DNA of 64,000 nt from an uncultured Methanomassiliicoccales archaeon (GCA_963695345.1 OY968769.1:1696001-1760000), one strand, 5' to 3'. Positions 1 to 9,750 are shown, counted from the stretch's first letter. Numbers and translations: made by a program. The notes: a model not told the origin generated them from the letters alone.

Positions 1-936
1 CAGAACATTAAAGTCCCCTTTGTATTCATCAGTGATCTTGGCTGGGATGACTCCCTTCGAAATGTCATCGACGTATTTCGCGGCCAGGTTCAACGGTCCG
101 ATCACCGAATCGAGCGTGTCGTTGATGCCCTGGACTATGTCCCTGAACCCTCCCTGGTGTTTGGTGGCGTCCGCCCGGGTGCTCAGCAGTCCGTCGATCG
201 CCGCCTTGCAAAGCGCCTGAGTATCGTTATTGACGGACCTCAGGTTCGTCCTCACCTGTTCGATCGTTTCGTTGATGAACGCCATCTTGCCCGGGAAGCG
301 CTCCAGCGGGAAATCGAAGTTGCCCCGCCCGAACTCGGAGACGCAGGCCATCGCCTTGCTGTTCAGCGTCAAATGGCCCTGCACCATGGCGTTCACTCCC
401 GCGGCCATGGTCCGGTACGCTCCCTCATACTTGTCGGCCGGCATCATGGCGTCGGTGTTGCCGGCTTTGTGTTCGGACGACATCCGTTCCATCTCGCTGA
501 TGTATGAGGTCAATGCCTCCATGGTCGCCACTATCGATGGAACCAATTGGTCGTTCTCCGACCTCCGGCCCACCTTCTTGAACTCGGCCAACCGGTCAAA
601 GTTGCCGACAGAGATCCGCTTGAATGCATCCTCCGCGCTGAGAAGGCGCGTCCGCACCAAGTTCGTGGATTCTGCCAGGGTCTTGAAGTCGCCTTCATAT
701 TGGGTCGACATGCCCTTCGAGAAATCGTTGAACGACATGAAGCCCATTACCCTGATGACCTCATCCAGAGGCTGCTGGTATGAATCCAGCATCCTGTTGA
801 TCGTTCCTGCAATGCTCTCCAGGCCGGGGCATCTGCCCAAATCGATCCTGGCACCGATCTTTCCGTTCTTGACATCCTTTTCCAGCGTCTCTAAGCAAAC
901 GGCCAGCTGCGCTAATTCATTAGGGGATCCGTTCAT
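1..936 (-). CDS. Soluble poly-HAMP chemoreceptor-like protein, 5' part (runs off the window)
   Basis: Not in the ORF track because it has no stop in the window. ATG at 936 with GGTGA RBS; translates MNGSPNELAQL...GKIGARID...[47 protein letters not shown], the same HAMP repeat as the MCPs at 48.7-58.5 kb. Signalling domain lies outside the window. Confidence 0.8.
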   Translation of the reverse strand, partial: MNGSPNELAQLAVCLETLEKDVKNGKIGARIDLGRCPGLESIAGTINRMLDSYQQPLDEVIRVMGFMSFNDFSKGMSTQYEGDFKTLAESTNLVRTRLLSAEDAFKRISVGNFDRLAEFKKVGRRSENDQLVPSIVATMEALTSYISEMERMSSEHKAGNTDAMMPADKYEGAYRTMAAGVNAMVQGHLTLNSKAMACVSEFGRGNFDFPLERFPGKMAFINETIEQVRTNLRSVNNDTQALCKAAIDGLLSTRADATKHQGGFRDIVQGINDTLDSVIGPLNLAAKYVDDISKGVIPAKITDEYKGDFNVL

Positions 937-975
937 TTTAGTCACCTTTTTTCTGTTTACTGCACAGACCCGATC

Positions 976-1602
976 TTACTCCGATACCTCGGTGGCCACA
1001 TTCCCGTGGGCCTTTTCCTTTTTCGTGATCGAGAATATGGGAAGGATGGCCCTGCCATACACTTCGTTGAGTATCTCTGCTGAAGCGAGGTACAATGCGG
1101 ATGCGCCGCAGATGATGCCCTCATATCCCGCTATGCGGATGATGTCCGGGTTGTTCATGGAGTTGCCCAGACCAAGTAGCACGAAGAGTAGCGTTAAGGA
1201 TGCGAAGACGAAGACCATGACCTTGTTGGTCCTAAGAGTTCCCATCAGCATGACGAAGGTGAATATACCCCACATGAGCAGGAAGGCAGCCAATGCAGAT
1301 TTTTCAGTCGCCGAGCCTATGTGCATATCGGGCAGGATAAGCAGCGCGACCAGCGAGATCCAGAACATACCGTAGGAAGTGAACGCTATCATACCGAAGG
1401 TGTTGCCTAGCTTCCATTCCATCAGGCCGACTATCACCTGGGCAAGCCCACCATAGAACATTCCTATGGCCAGTATCATGCTACCGAGGGCGAAGAATCC
1501 GGCGTTGTGCAGATTCAACAAAATCGTGGTCATCCCGAAACCCATCAATCCCAGCGGGGCGGGATTGGCTATCTTGCTCATACTCGTTTTCAATTCTGCC
1601 AT
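976..1602 (-). CDS. satP: Acetate uptake transporter, GPR1/FUN34/YaaH (SatP) family
   Basis: Signature ANPAPLGLMGF, plus FYGGLAQ and NTFG..AFTSYG.FW; about 6 TM segments. Start placed at MAELKTS. Confidence 0.92.
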   Translation of the reverse strand: MAELKTSMSKIANPAPLGLMGFGMTTILLNLHNAGFFALGSMILAIGMFYGGLAQVIVGLMEWKLGNTFGMIAFTSYGMFWISLVALLILPDMHIGSATEKSALAAFLLMWGIFTFVMLMGTLRTNKVMVFVFASLTLLFVLLGLGNSMNNPDIIRIAGYEGIICGASALYLASAEILNEVYGRAILPIFSITKKEKAHGNVATEVSE

Positions 1603-1941
1603 TTTAGAACCCTCGTTGCTATGATTCTTGTATATCGAGGTGCGATAGTTTTCTGATAGTTCCGCTATATAACAATCATTCACCTCCGATTCTCATTATC
1701 AAGAATGTAACAATCCATTCCACAAATATACAGTCTTCGATGCAAAACACCTGGGCCATTTTATGGATATTAGAGGATGAGAGAATCAATGGTCGGGATC
1801 AAGATTTCATCAATCGCAGGCAAGGTAAAAGCTGGATTGAAGAATTAGACGCCTAAAAGGCTCAATCGAAGACCGAACCTACCCGATACCTAATGTTCCG
1901 TATCCGTACAAAGGGATATATGCAACAAGCCAAATTGTGAT

Positions 1942-2547
1942 ATGGTACCGGGAATGAACGACAACGAAGGGCAGATCGCTGTACATATGGCCCGCCAGGC
2001 CATTGAGGCAGAGACCAAGAATACCGACATGGGGAGTGTCCACGCACCGGTCAATTTCAAGGAGAAGCGCGGTGTCTTCGTCACGCTGTCCACTTATCCC
2101 GACCACGAGCTCAGGGGATGCATAGGCTATCCAGAACCGATATTCTCCCTGGCCAAGGCGATCCTTCAGGCGGCCGAAGGAGCATGTCACGATCCTCGTT
2201 TCCCAACCCTCAAGGCGAAGGAATTGGACGATATAGTCGTCGAGGTGACGGTGCTCACCGCACCGGAGGAGATCAAGATCGCCGACCGGAAGAATCTTCC
2301 AGAGGCGGTCAAGGTCGGGGTTGACGGCCTCATCATGGAGAACGGCCCTTACCGAGGGCTGCTGCTGCCGCAGGTCCCGGTGGAATGGGAGTGGAACTCG
2401 GTGACCTTCCTGGAACAGACCTGCATCAAGGCGGGACTGCTTCCGGACATGTGGCTGGACAAATCCACCAAGGTATACAAGTTCCAGGGGGAGGTCTTCT
2501 CGGAAAGCAACCCGAACGGTCCGGTGCGTCGGAAGGAACTGGTCTGA
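1942..2547 (+). CDS. AMMECR1-domain protein
   Basis: GVFVTL, LRGCIG, DPRFP and GLLLPQV motifs. Confidence 0.92.
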   Translation: MVPGMNDNEGQIAVHMARQAIEAETKNTDMGSVHAPVNFKEKRGVFVTLSTYPDHELRGCIGYPEPIFSLAKAILQAAEGACHDPRFPTLKAKELDDIVVEVTVLTAPEEIKIADRKNLPEAVKVGVDGLIMENGPYRGLLLPQVPVEWEWNSVTFLEQTCIKAGLLPDMWLDKSTKVYKFQGEVFSESNPNGPVRRKELV

Positions 2548-2551
2548 TCCG

Positions 2552-3826
2552 ATGGACCTGATCATCGAGGGTAGGGCCTTTTACAAGGGCATGCTGCAGC
2601 CGGTCTGCGTCGGCATCGACGAGGGGAAGATTGTAGCGATCAAGAAGGTCCTGGCCGGCGAGAACCGCCTGGACTTCAAGGACCGACTCATCCTGCCAGG
2701 GGCCATCGATGTCCATGTCCACCTGCGCGACCCGGGAATGACCCAGAAGGAGGACTTCAGCACCGGGACGCTGGCCGCTGCTTTCGCCGGGGTGACCACG
2801 GTCTTCGATATGCCGAACACCAGCCCGCCGACGCTGATGAAGGAGGATATCGTGAACAAGAGTGAGAACGCCTCATCAAAGGCGTGGGTCGATTTCGGCC
2901 TGTTCGCGGGGATCGATGCCCGGCACGATCCCACCAAGATGAACGCCCACGCGGTCGGCTATAAATTGTTCATGGGCTCGTCCACCGGAAGCCTTCTGAT
3001 GACCAATGATTCCGACATCGCCGGGGCGCTGGCCAAGATATCCGCCACCGGCAAGGTGGTCAGCGTCCATGCCGAGGACGATGCGTACATCGTCCGTTCC
3101 CCGGAAAAGGAGCTCCGCGACCACAACCGGAACCGGCCTCCATCCGCCGAGGTGTCGGCCATTTCCAGACTGTCCAACCTCCACGGGTCGGCCCGGATTA
3201 ATGTCTGCCACGTTTCTTCCAGGGAAGCGTTGACGGCGCTTTCAGGCACCGGTTTCACCAAGGAGGTAACGGTGCACCACATGCTGTTGGACGACACGAT
3301 GCCGCTGGGCGGCCGGGGCAAGGTGAACCCGCCGCTGCGCACCAAGGACGACCGGATGGCGCTGTTGGATGCGTTCACGAAAGGGCAGTTCGATATGCTG
3401 GCTTCCGACCATGCGCCTCACGGTCAGGATGAGAAGTCCGGGGATTTCGACGCCGCGCCGTCCGGCGTTCCCGGGGTCGAGACCTCGGTCCCGATCATGA
3501 TGGCGATGGTGAAGCGGGGGGCTCTGCCCATGGAACGGCTGGTCTCCGCCGCCTGCCAGAGACCGGCCGAGATATTCGGCCTGCCGAAGGGCATGATCGA
3601 GGTGGGGAGGGACGCCGATCTCATGGTCATCGACCCGAAGAATGTCTCCAAGATAAAGGCGAAGAACCTCCACAGCAAGTGTGGTTGGACCCCTTACGAG
3701 GGGTTCGAGGCAATTTTCCCTACCGCTGTGTTTTTAAGGGGGATGGAATTGGTGGGGAACAGTTCTCTTGTCGGAGAACGCAAAGGAAGGGATGTGGTTG
3801 TTGCCGGAAGTTCAGGTCGACCTTAG
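2552..3826 (+). CDS. pyrC: Dihydroorotase
   Basis: PGAIDVHVHLRDPG, DMPNT, KVNPPLR and SDHAPH motifs. Confidence 0.9.
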   Translation: MDLIIEGRAFYKGMLQPVCVGIDEGKIVAIKKVLAGENRLDFKDRLILPGAIDVHVHLRDPGMTQKEDFSTGTLAAAFAGVTTVFDMPNTSPPTLMKEDIVNKSENASSKAWVDFGLFAGIDARHDPTKMNAHAVGYKLFMGSSTGSLLMTNDSDIAGALAKISATGKVVSVHAEDDAYIVRSPEKELRDHNRNRPPSAEVSAISRLSNLHGSARINVCHVSSREALTALSGTGFTKEVTVHHMLLDDTMPLGGRGKVNPPLRTKDDRMALLDAFTKGQFDMLASDHAPHGQDEKSGDFDAAPSGVPGVETSVPIMMAMVKRGALPMERLVSAACQRPAEIFGLPKGMIEVGRDADLMVIDPKNVSKIKAKNLHSKCGWTPYEGFEAIFPTAVFLRGMELVGNSSLVGERKGRDVVVAGSSGRP

Positions 3827-4925
3827 CGAGCTGCAGGGACGCAGGTTCACGTGCATCGATGGATGCGGGCTATGCTGCCTGTGCCAGCCCGAGCTGTTGC
3901 CCCACGAGGAGAAACCGTTCCGTTCGAAGTTCCCGGATCTGGTGGTGCTCAAGAACGAGCCGCACCGGCACTACGCATTGGCCATGAAGAAGGGAATGGG
4001 CTCTTGCGCCTTCCTCAACGACCGGAGATGCAAGGTGTATAACGATAGGCCGCATTTCTGCGGCGAGTTCCCCTTCCACATCCACGTCGGAATGCGAGCG
4101 CAGGTCCAACTGGACCTCTCCTGCCGGGGCGCCTGGGTAAGCGATGGGGAGGACGCCAAGGCGGTTGGCGCCAAGATCGCCGAGGACGCCAAGGCGGCCA
4201 TCAATCATACGTTATACGAGTCGAGGCGGGTCTACCGCGAGTTCTTTGACAACTGCCACGAGAGCGGAATCGATCCCGACCCGGAGCCGATGCAGGCGCT
4301 GGTCCGGGAGAGGTTGGATAGGATGACCCAGCTCCCCTACCTGGCGGCGGTGCTGGAAGGGTCGGCGGAGGACGAGCAGATCGATCTCAGGAGACTGCGC
4401 GTACCGGCCGAGCTGGACAAGAGCGCGATGCGGGAACTGGAATCGGCCGCGCTGGAAGGCGCGAACGATTCTCTGGGCGCACCGAACGCCTTCGATGCCC
4501 CGGTCTACTGCGACGAGGCGAACCGGTGGAACGTGTTCCTGTCCGAGCACGGGAGGTTCGAACAGTACATAATTAAGGACAGTGGCGACCTGGACCACGT
4601 CCGTTCCGTCGACCCGAACGCCGTGCGGCTGTTGGTGCCGGACGAATCGGGCCGGAAGGTCATGGCTGACTATCTTCGCGTCCTGAACAACCGGGACAGC
4701 ATCATCGGGTCCACCTACTACCTGGTGGACGAGTACGACTATGAGGATTATTTCCCGAACGTGTATCTGGGCGTCCTGTCCACCTCCATGCTCGACATGA
4801 TCTGGAGAGCATCCCTGATCGCGCACGTCAAAGGCACCAAGCTCGATGGCGACGGCGTCAGGGAAGGCATCATCTACTACGACATGGATAGATTGGATGG
4901 GCCCTCGATCGGGGCGTTCATATGA
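3792..4925 (+). CDS. YkgJ-family cysteine-cluster (Zn/Fe-chelating) protein
   Basis: FTCIDGCGLCC...CAFL..RRCKVYNDRPHFCGEFPF; start uncertain. Confidence 0.8.
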   Translation: MWLLPEVQVDLSELQGRRFTCIDGCGLCCLCQPELLPHEEKPFRSKFPDLVVLKNEPHRHYALAMKKGMGSCAFLNDRRCKVYNDRPHFCGEFPFHIHVGMRAQVQLDLSCRGAWVSDGEDAKAVGAKIAEDAKAAINHTLYESRRVYREFFDNCHESGIDPDPEPMQALVRERLDRMTQLPYLAAVLEGSAEDEQIDLRRLRVPAELDKSAMRELESAALEGANDSLGAPNAFDAPVYCDEANRWNVFLSEHGRFEQYIIKDSGDLDHVRSVDPNAVRLLVPDESGRKVMADYLRVLNNRDSIIGSTYYLVDEYDYEDYFPNVYLGVLSTSMLDMIWRASLIAHVKGTKLDGDGVREGIIYYDMDRLDGPSIGAFI

Positions 4926-5007
4926 GCCTGGCTCGCATCCAGCGGGACAAGCCCATACGACAAACTACAAATAGTGATGGGGTTATCGGGAAAATCGGTG
5001 TTCGAGC

Positions 5008-5223
5008 ATGCAAAAACCATTGAACGTCCTGAACCAGGCGATCAATAGCCAGGTCATCGTCGAGCTGAAGGGGAACCGCGAGTACCGCGGAGTCCTAGAT
5101 GGCTACGACCCGCACATGAACCTTGTGCTCAAGAACGCTGAAGAGCTGATCAACCACGAGGTTGTAAGAAAGCTCCCCGTCACCATCGTTCGTGGCGACA
5201 ACGTGATTTACATTTCACCATAA
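5008..5223 (+). CDS. Sm/LSm-like RNA-binding protein (SmAP)
   Basis: [14 protein letters not shown] and IVRGDNV Sm motifs; usual position upstream of rpl37e. Confidence 0.95.
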   Translation: MQKPLNVLNQAINSQVIVELKGNREYRGVLDGYDPHMNLVLKNAEELINHEVVRKLPVTIVRGDNVIYISP

Positions 5224-5236
5224 GGAAGTGGACTAG

Positions 5237-5404
5237 ATGAGCAAGGGTACAGCATCACACGGAAAAATGGGTGACCGCAAGACCCACATCCCCTGCCGGA
5301 GATGTGGCAACCGGGCGTTTAACATCAGGAAATCTTTCTGCGCGTCCTGCGGATATGGCAAGACAGCAAGACTGAGGACCTATACTTGGGCCAAGCTCCA
5401 CTAA
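5237..5404 (+). CDS. rpl37e: 50S ribosomal protein eL37
   Basis: Hand-translated 55 aa MSKGTASHGKMGDRKTHIPCRRCGNRAFNIRKSFCASCGYGKTARLRTYTWAKLH; C4 zinc finger; below ORF-track cutoff. Confidence 0.96.
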   Translation: MSKGTASHGKMGDRKTHIPCRRCGNRAFNIRKSFCASCGYGKTARLRTYTWAKLH

Positions 5405-5415
5405 GTAGTGAGGGG

Positions 5416-6822
5416 ATGTCCATCGAGGACGAGCCAGAAGATCACTGTGGTGTGGTCGGGATGGCTCTGTCCTGCGATGCTCTGCCTTCATTGAAGAAGG
5501 CTCTGCGTATTATTCAACATAGAGGCCAAGAGGCCGCCGGGGTAGCAGTTTTTGACGGCGGTCGCATCCAATACCTGAGAGGGATGGGTCTGGTCCATGA
5601 GGTCTTGACCGGCCGCCCCTATAACGCATTGAGCGGCAACATAGGCATCGGTCACGTCCGCTACTCGACCTCCGGCTCGTCCGTCGCCGAGAACAGCCAG
5701 CCAATTACCGTCACCACCCTAGCCGGAGACCTTGCGTTGGCGCACAACGGCGACATCGTCAATGCCGGCAAGCTGCGGGCCAGGCTTCAAGGGGAAGGCT
5801 GGGCGTTCTTGACCACCTCCGACACCGAGATCATCATCCGGATGATGGCCACCGAGCTGTCCCAGAGTCCGGACCCGATTCGCGCCATCAAGAACGTGAT
5901 GAAGGTCATCGAGGGTTCCTATTCATTGACCGTGATGCTCGGCACTCGCATCTTCGGCGTCCGGGACCCGATGGGCTTCCGCCCGCTGTGCATCGGCAAG
6001 CTGCCGAACGGTTATTCCGTCGCTTCCGAATCTTCGGTCTTCGATGTCCTCCAAGGAGAGATCGTTCGGGATGTGGCACCCGGGGAGATAGTGGAGATCA
6101 CCCCCACCGGGTTCATGTCCAGCAAGACCGTCAGCCCGCCGCACAAGGCCCATTGCATGTTCGAGTGGGTCTACTTCGCCCGCCCCGACGCGGTCATCGA
6201 CGGGAAAGAGGTGTATCAGGTCAGGAAGAGGCTCGGCCACATCCTGGCGGAAGAGCAGCCGGTCGACGCTGACGTCGTCATAGCCGTTCCCGATTCGGGA
6301 CGTGCCCATGCTCTCGGGTTCGCCGAGGTCTCCAAGATCCCCTATGAAGAGGGCTTCATGAAGAACCGGTACATCGAAAGGACGTTCATATTACCAGAGC
6401 AGTCGCAACGTGACGAGGGCGTGCTGCTCAAGCTCAACCCGATCCGTTCGACGGTAAAGGACAAGCGGGTCGTCATCGTGGACGACAGCATCGTCCGGGG
6501 CACCACCATGAGGCGCATCGTCATGATGACGAGGCGTGCCGGGGCCAAAGAGGTCCATGTGCGCATAGGATGCCCTCCGATCAAGGCGCCCTGCTTCTAC
6601 GGCATCGACATGAAGACCCGGGAGCAGTTCGCCGCCACCAACCGCACCTTCGAGGAGATCGCCAAGCTGATCACCGCCGATAGCGTCGGATATACCAGCA
6701 TCAAGGGGTTGGTCAAGGCGCTGGAACTGGACGAGTGCGACCTCTGCATGGCCTGTCTGAACGGCGAATACCCGACCCACATACAGGGCGAGAAGATGCG
6801 GTTCCAGCAACGTCTGGACTGA
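5416..6822 (+). CDS. purF: Amidophosphoribosyltransferase
   Basis: Propeptide followed by CGVVG; QHRGQE, GHVRYST, VDDSIVRGTT and the C-terminal CMAC Fe-S motif. Confidence 0.96.
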   Translation: MSIEDEPEDHCGVVGMALSCDALPSLKKALRIIQHRGQEAAGVAVFDGGRIQYLRGMGLVHEVLTGRPYNALSGNIGIGHVRYSTSGSSVAENSQPITVTTLAGDLALAHNGDIVNAGKLRARLQGEGWAFLTTSDTEIIIRMMATELSQSPDPIRAIKNVMKVIEGSYSLTVMLGTRIFGVRDPMGFRPLCIGKLPNGYSVASESSVFDVLQGEIVRDVAPGEIVEITPTGFMSSKTVSPPHKAHCMFEWVYFARPDAVIDGKEVYQVRKRLGHILAEEQPVDADVVIAVPDSGRAHALGFAEVSKIPYEEGFMKNRYIERTFILPEQSQRDEGVLLKLNPIRSTVKDKRVVIVDDSIVRGTTMRRIVMMTRRAGAKEVHVRIGCPPIKAPCFYGIDMKTREQFAATNRTFEEIAKLITADSVGYTSIKGLVKALELDECDLCMACLNGEYPTHIQGEKMRFQQRLD

Positions 6823-6830
6823 TCCGTCGT

Positions 6831-7628
6831 TCACTTCTTTCCGATGTTCCTGCCGTGGGGGCAGATGTGGACACAGACGCCGCACATCGGTCTCGGCGCC
6901 TCCTTCTCCAGATCTTTGAAGTACTGGTCGCACTTGGCGGCATCGAACCTGGCCTCCCTCGGTTCGTTCTGATCGAACATGCGTCCAGTGAACGCGCTTA
7001 CGGGGCAGGCTTTGACGCATTCCTGGCAGTTGCCGCAGCCCGGGTCCATCGGGGTTCCCGCCATGGGGAACGGATAGTCGGTCAGTATGGTGGTCCACCT
7101 CACCCGGGGCCCGTACTGAGGGGTGATGAGCAGGCAGCTCTTGCCGATCCATCCCAGGCCCGCTAGGTGAGCCGCCATCTTGTGCGAGAACATGGCGCAG
7201 ATACGCTCGTCATCCATCCGTTCCGACGCAGGCACAGGCATACTCTTGTATCCTTCCCTCTGCAGGCGCCCGGCGATCAACAAGGATATCTGGTCCAATT
7301 GCCTGTTGACGACATCATAGGTATGACTGCGGTACATTACCCGGACGCCCCGCTGGGAGCGGTTCGGTACCTGGTCGACGATGGTGTCCAGAAGCCGTAT
7401 GCCCACGGAGATGGCGAAAGGATAGCCGGAGACAAGTTCCCCGCCTTGTCCGACCACTGCCTTCTCGAAGGGACGGAGATCGGCGATCCCGTACAGATCG
7501 GCCTCCATGGAGATCGCCATGGTTCGCAGGTCATCTTCGAATGGCATGCATGGTATTCCGCGTCCCGGTTCATCAATATTGCCCATGGGGATAGGGGACC
7601 GGTCATTATCCGAATCGCCTGGGTCCAT
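6831..7628 (-). CDS. QueG-like / 4Fe-4S dicluster protein
   Basis: SHKMAAHLAGLGWIGKS.LLITP.YGPRVR, CGNCQECVKACP and CGVCVHICP; start uncertain. Confidence 0.8.
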   Translation of the reverse strand: MDPGDSDNDRSPIPMGNIDEPGRGIPCMPFEDDLRTMAISMEADLYGIADLRPFEKAVVGQGGELVSGYPFAISVGIRLLDTIVDQVPNRSQRGVRVMYRSHTYDVVNRQLDQISLLIAGRLQREGYKSMPVPASERMDDERICAMFSHKMAAHLAGLGWIGKSCLLITPQYGPRVRWTTILTDYPFPMAGTPMDPGCGNCQECVKACPVSAFTGRMFDQNEPREARFDAAKCDQYFKDLEKEAPRPMCGVCVHICPHGRNIGKK

Positions 7629-7669
7629 GGGAAACTTTAATTAGGGAAATCTCTTTGCCATGCTCTATC

Positions 7670-7742
7670 GGGCTGGTAGATCAGCTGGAAGATCGCTACC
7701 TTGGCATGGTAGAGGCCGCGAGTTCAAATCTCGCCCAGTCCA
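7670..7742 (+). tRNA. tRNA-Ala(GGC)
   Basis: GGGCTGG/CCAGTCC acceptor, CTACC-TT-GGC-AT-GGTAG anticodon arm, GTTCAAATC T-loop. Confidence 0.95.
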
Positions 7743-7782
7743 CTTCTCTATTATTTCTTATCAGACTGCCCTACTGAAGCGT

Positions 7783-8103
7783 TCAGGCGTCCACGAAGAG
7801 GTCCTCTCCTTCGACGATGACCGGGTATGTCTTCTCATCCACCGCCTTCGCGAACGGTATCCAGGGCCCCTTCATGACCTTCCCGTTCCTGATGTCGTAC
7901 TCTGACCCGTGCTTGGGGCATTTGACGACGTAGCTCATCAGTTTCCCGTTCCAGAGCTCTCCCCCCGCATGCGTGCATTTTCCGTTCATGGCATAGTAGC
8001 TGCCATCAACGTTCGCGATGACCAACCACTTTCCCGACACTTGTACCCCTATCATGCGACCGGGAGGGAGGTCCGACTGCCTTGCTACCTTCGTCTTTAC
8101 CAA
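7783..8103 (-). CDS. Rieske (2Fe-2S) ferredoxin
   Basis: CTH...CPKHGS motifs. Confidence 0.9.
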   Translation of the reverse strand: MVKTKVARQSDLPPGRMIGVQVSGKWLVIANVDGSYYAMNGKCTHAGGELWNGKLMSYVVKCPKHGSEYDIRNGKVMKGPWIPFAKAVDEKTYPVIVEGEDLFVDA

Positions 8104-8187
8104 CTTAACACCCCAATTGTTACTGTTTAGTCGAGTATATCAAAACAACCTTAGAGGTTTGAACGCAATCGGATCGACGAACGGATA

Positions 8188-8754
8188 TCAAACGAGGGGG
8201 ACCCCCCAACTGCCCTTGAAGAAGTTCTCCCCTATCGGCTTCCGTTCCGGTCGCCTGGTCTCGGACTCGATCTGTTTATCCGAAAGCATTGAAGCGTCCG
8301 TTCCTGGATATCCAATATTGACCAGTGTGATCAGGACGTAATTGTCGGGTATATTGAGGTTCTTCTTCACCGTGAGCGGATCGTATCCAGCGATGGGATG
8401 CGCTATGAGGCCCAGTTCGGTAGCCTGCAGCATCATCTCCCCCACCGCCAATCCACAATTGAAAAGGAAGTAGTCCCTCCGGTCGCTCAGGTGGCAATCG
8501 TCCTCGACGTTGGCGCAAATAGCGAAGATCAGGGGAACCTTCTTCGCGTAGGCGTTCCCCTTGCTGATGGCCACCTTGATCTTTTCCAGCGACTCCCCGT
8601 CGTTCGCCACAACGACCCGCCATGGCTGGTTGTTATTGCATGAGGGTGACAACCGCATCGCTTCTATGAGGAGCATGATCTTCTCCTCCTCTATCGGACG
8701 GGTGTCGAACTTCCTGGTGGCCCTGCGCCTATTGATCGCTTCCCTTACTTCCAT
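8188..8754 (-). CDS. Nitroreductase family protein
   Basis: RRATRKF, SPS..N.QPW and IGYP motifs. Confidence 0.9.
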   Translation of the reverse strand: MEVREAINRRRATRKFDTRPIEEEKIMLLIEAMRLSPSCNNNQPWRVVVANDGESLEKIKVAISKGNAYAKKVPLIFAICANVEDDCHLSDRRDYFLFNCGLAVGEMMLQATELGLIAHPIAGYDPLTVKKNLNIPDNYVLITLVNIGYPGTDASMLSDKQIESETRRPERKPIGENFFKGSWGVPLV

Positions 8755-8864
8755 CTCGTTCTCCCTCGATGATTCATGGACAGGTGTTCCCGATAATGGT
8801 TACGGCTCCACCGGGACTTGGACATCAAGCAACTATTAATATTCTGTACATATAATCAATCCCT

Positions 8865-9386
8865 ATGGCTTTGTCCGAAATCGTTACTATTAACAATGTA
8901 GCGCTGGCACTCGTTCTGGGCGGTGTGCTTGCGATATTCACTGCACTTTATGGCAAGAAGGAAAAGTCCCTGCTTGACGAAATGCTGATGATCATCGGGT
9001 TCTTCTTCGGCGCATTCCTAGTCTTCCTGGGCGTCCAAGCGGTATTGATGACGCCTCGGCCAATCGCGTTGGCCGGAATCGCGATCACTCTGGCACTGGG
9101 CCTCTCGATGTTCCTCAAGCCGCTGCGCAAGATTCCTTTCTCAATGATCATCTCATTGATCTCGGGCGGGGTCGTGGCATACTTCCTGATCAAGCTGAAT
9201 CTCAGCGCCACCTGGGTCCTGGTCATAGCCTTGGTGGTCATGGCGATTGTATGGATAACGCTGAAGTTCCTGGGCATCGGGGCCAGGATCGCAGGATGGA
9301 TACTTTCGGCCAGGCCGATCATGCTCATTGTGGGCGTCATCGGGCTGATCGAAGGGGTCCTTCTCTGGATGGGAAACACGCTCTGA
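8865..9386 (+). CDS. Hypothetical multi-pass membrane protein
   Basis: About 6 hydrophobic segments; family not recognised. Confidence 0.7.
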   Translation: MALSEIVTINNVALALVLGGVLAIFTALYGKKEKSLLDEMLMIIGFFFGAFLVFLGVQAVLMTPRPIALAGIAITLALGLSMFLKPLRKIPFSMIISLISGGVVAYFLIKLNLSATWVLVIALVVMAIVWITLKFLGIGARIAGWILSARPIMLIVGVIGLIEGVLLWMGNTL

Positions 9387-9440
9387 AGCCTAGATTCCCG
9401 TAAACCTTTAAATGAGGGCAGGCATATCCAAGCCTCACGC

Positions 9441-9575
9441 GGGCCTGTGGCTTAGCATGGATATAGCACTGGCCTTCTACTCCTTGCCTTCCGGTAAGAG
9501 AAGCAAGTCAGTGGTCTCGGGTTCGAATCGACCGATCCTCCGGGTTCGGTCGCGAAAATCCCGACAGGCCCGCCA
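9441..9575 (+). tRNA. tRNA-Arg(TCT) with two BHB introns (9480-9505 at 37/38; 9528-9558 at 59/60)
   Basis: GGGCCTG/CAGGCCC acceptor with G-CCA end; CTGGC/GTCAG anticodon stem; both inserts form bulge-helix-bulge motifs (CTTC/GAAG and TTCG/CGAA). Confidence 0.9.
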
Positions 9576-9630
9576 ATAGGGAAACATTGATAAGTGCTAA
9601 TGGAATCAGGGCAAGAAATCTGGTGTTCAA

Positions 9631-9738
9631 ATGAAGAGAAGTTCACGCGCCTGGAAGAAAAGAGGCAAGCAGCGCTGGAAATGGCGCAAGAAGAAGATGC
9701 GGCGCCGGAAGCGGGCACAGAAGATGCGCAAGGCTTAA
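9631..9738 (+). CDS. rpl41e: Ribosomal protein eL41 (eS32)
   Basis: Hand-translated 35 aa MKRSSRAWKKRGKQRWKWRKKKMRRRKRAQKMRKA; GGTG RBS upstream; below ORF-track cutoff. Confidence 0.88.
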   Translation: MKRSSRAWKKRGKQRWKWRKKKMRRRKRAQKMRKA

Positions 9739-9750
9739 ATCTGACCAAGT

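Noticed and set aside
230-1375. 381-aa plus-strand ORF
   Set aside because: Antisense shadow of the receptor and satP, which share one minus-strand frame; no protein-like motifs
9441-9575. Possible amber (CTA) or pyrrolysine tRNA because of TTCTA in the loop
   Set aside because: Stem register and BHB geometry place TCT at 34-36; the body is a standard Arg tRNA, not tRNA-Pyl
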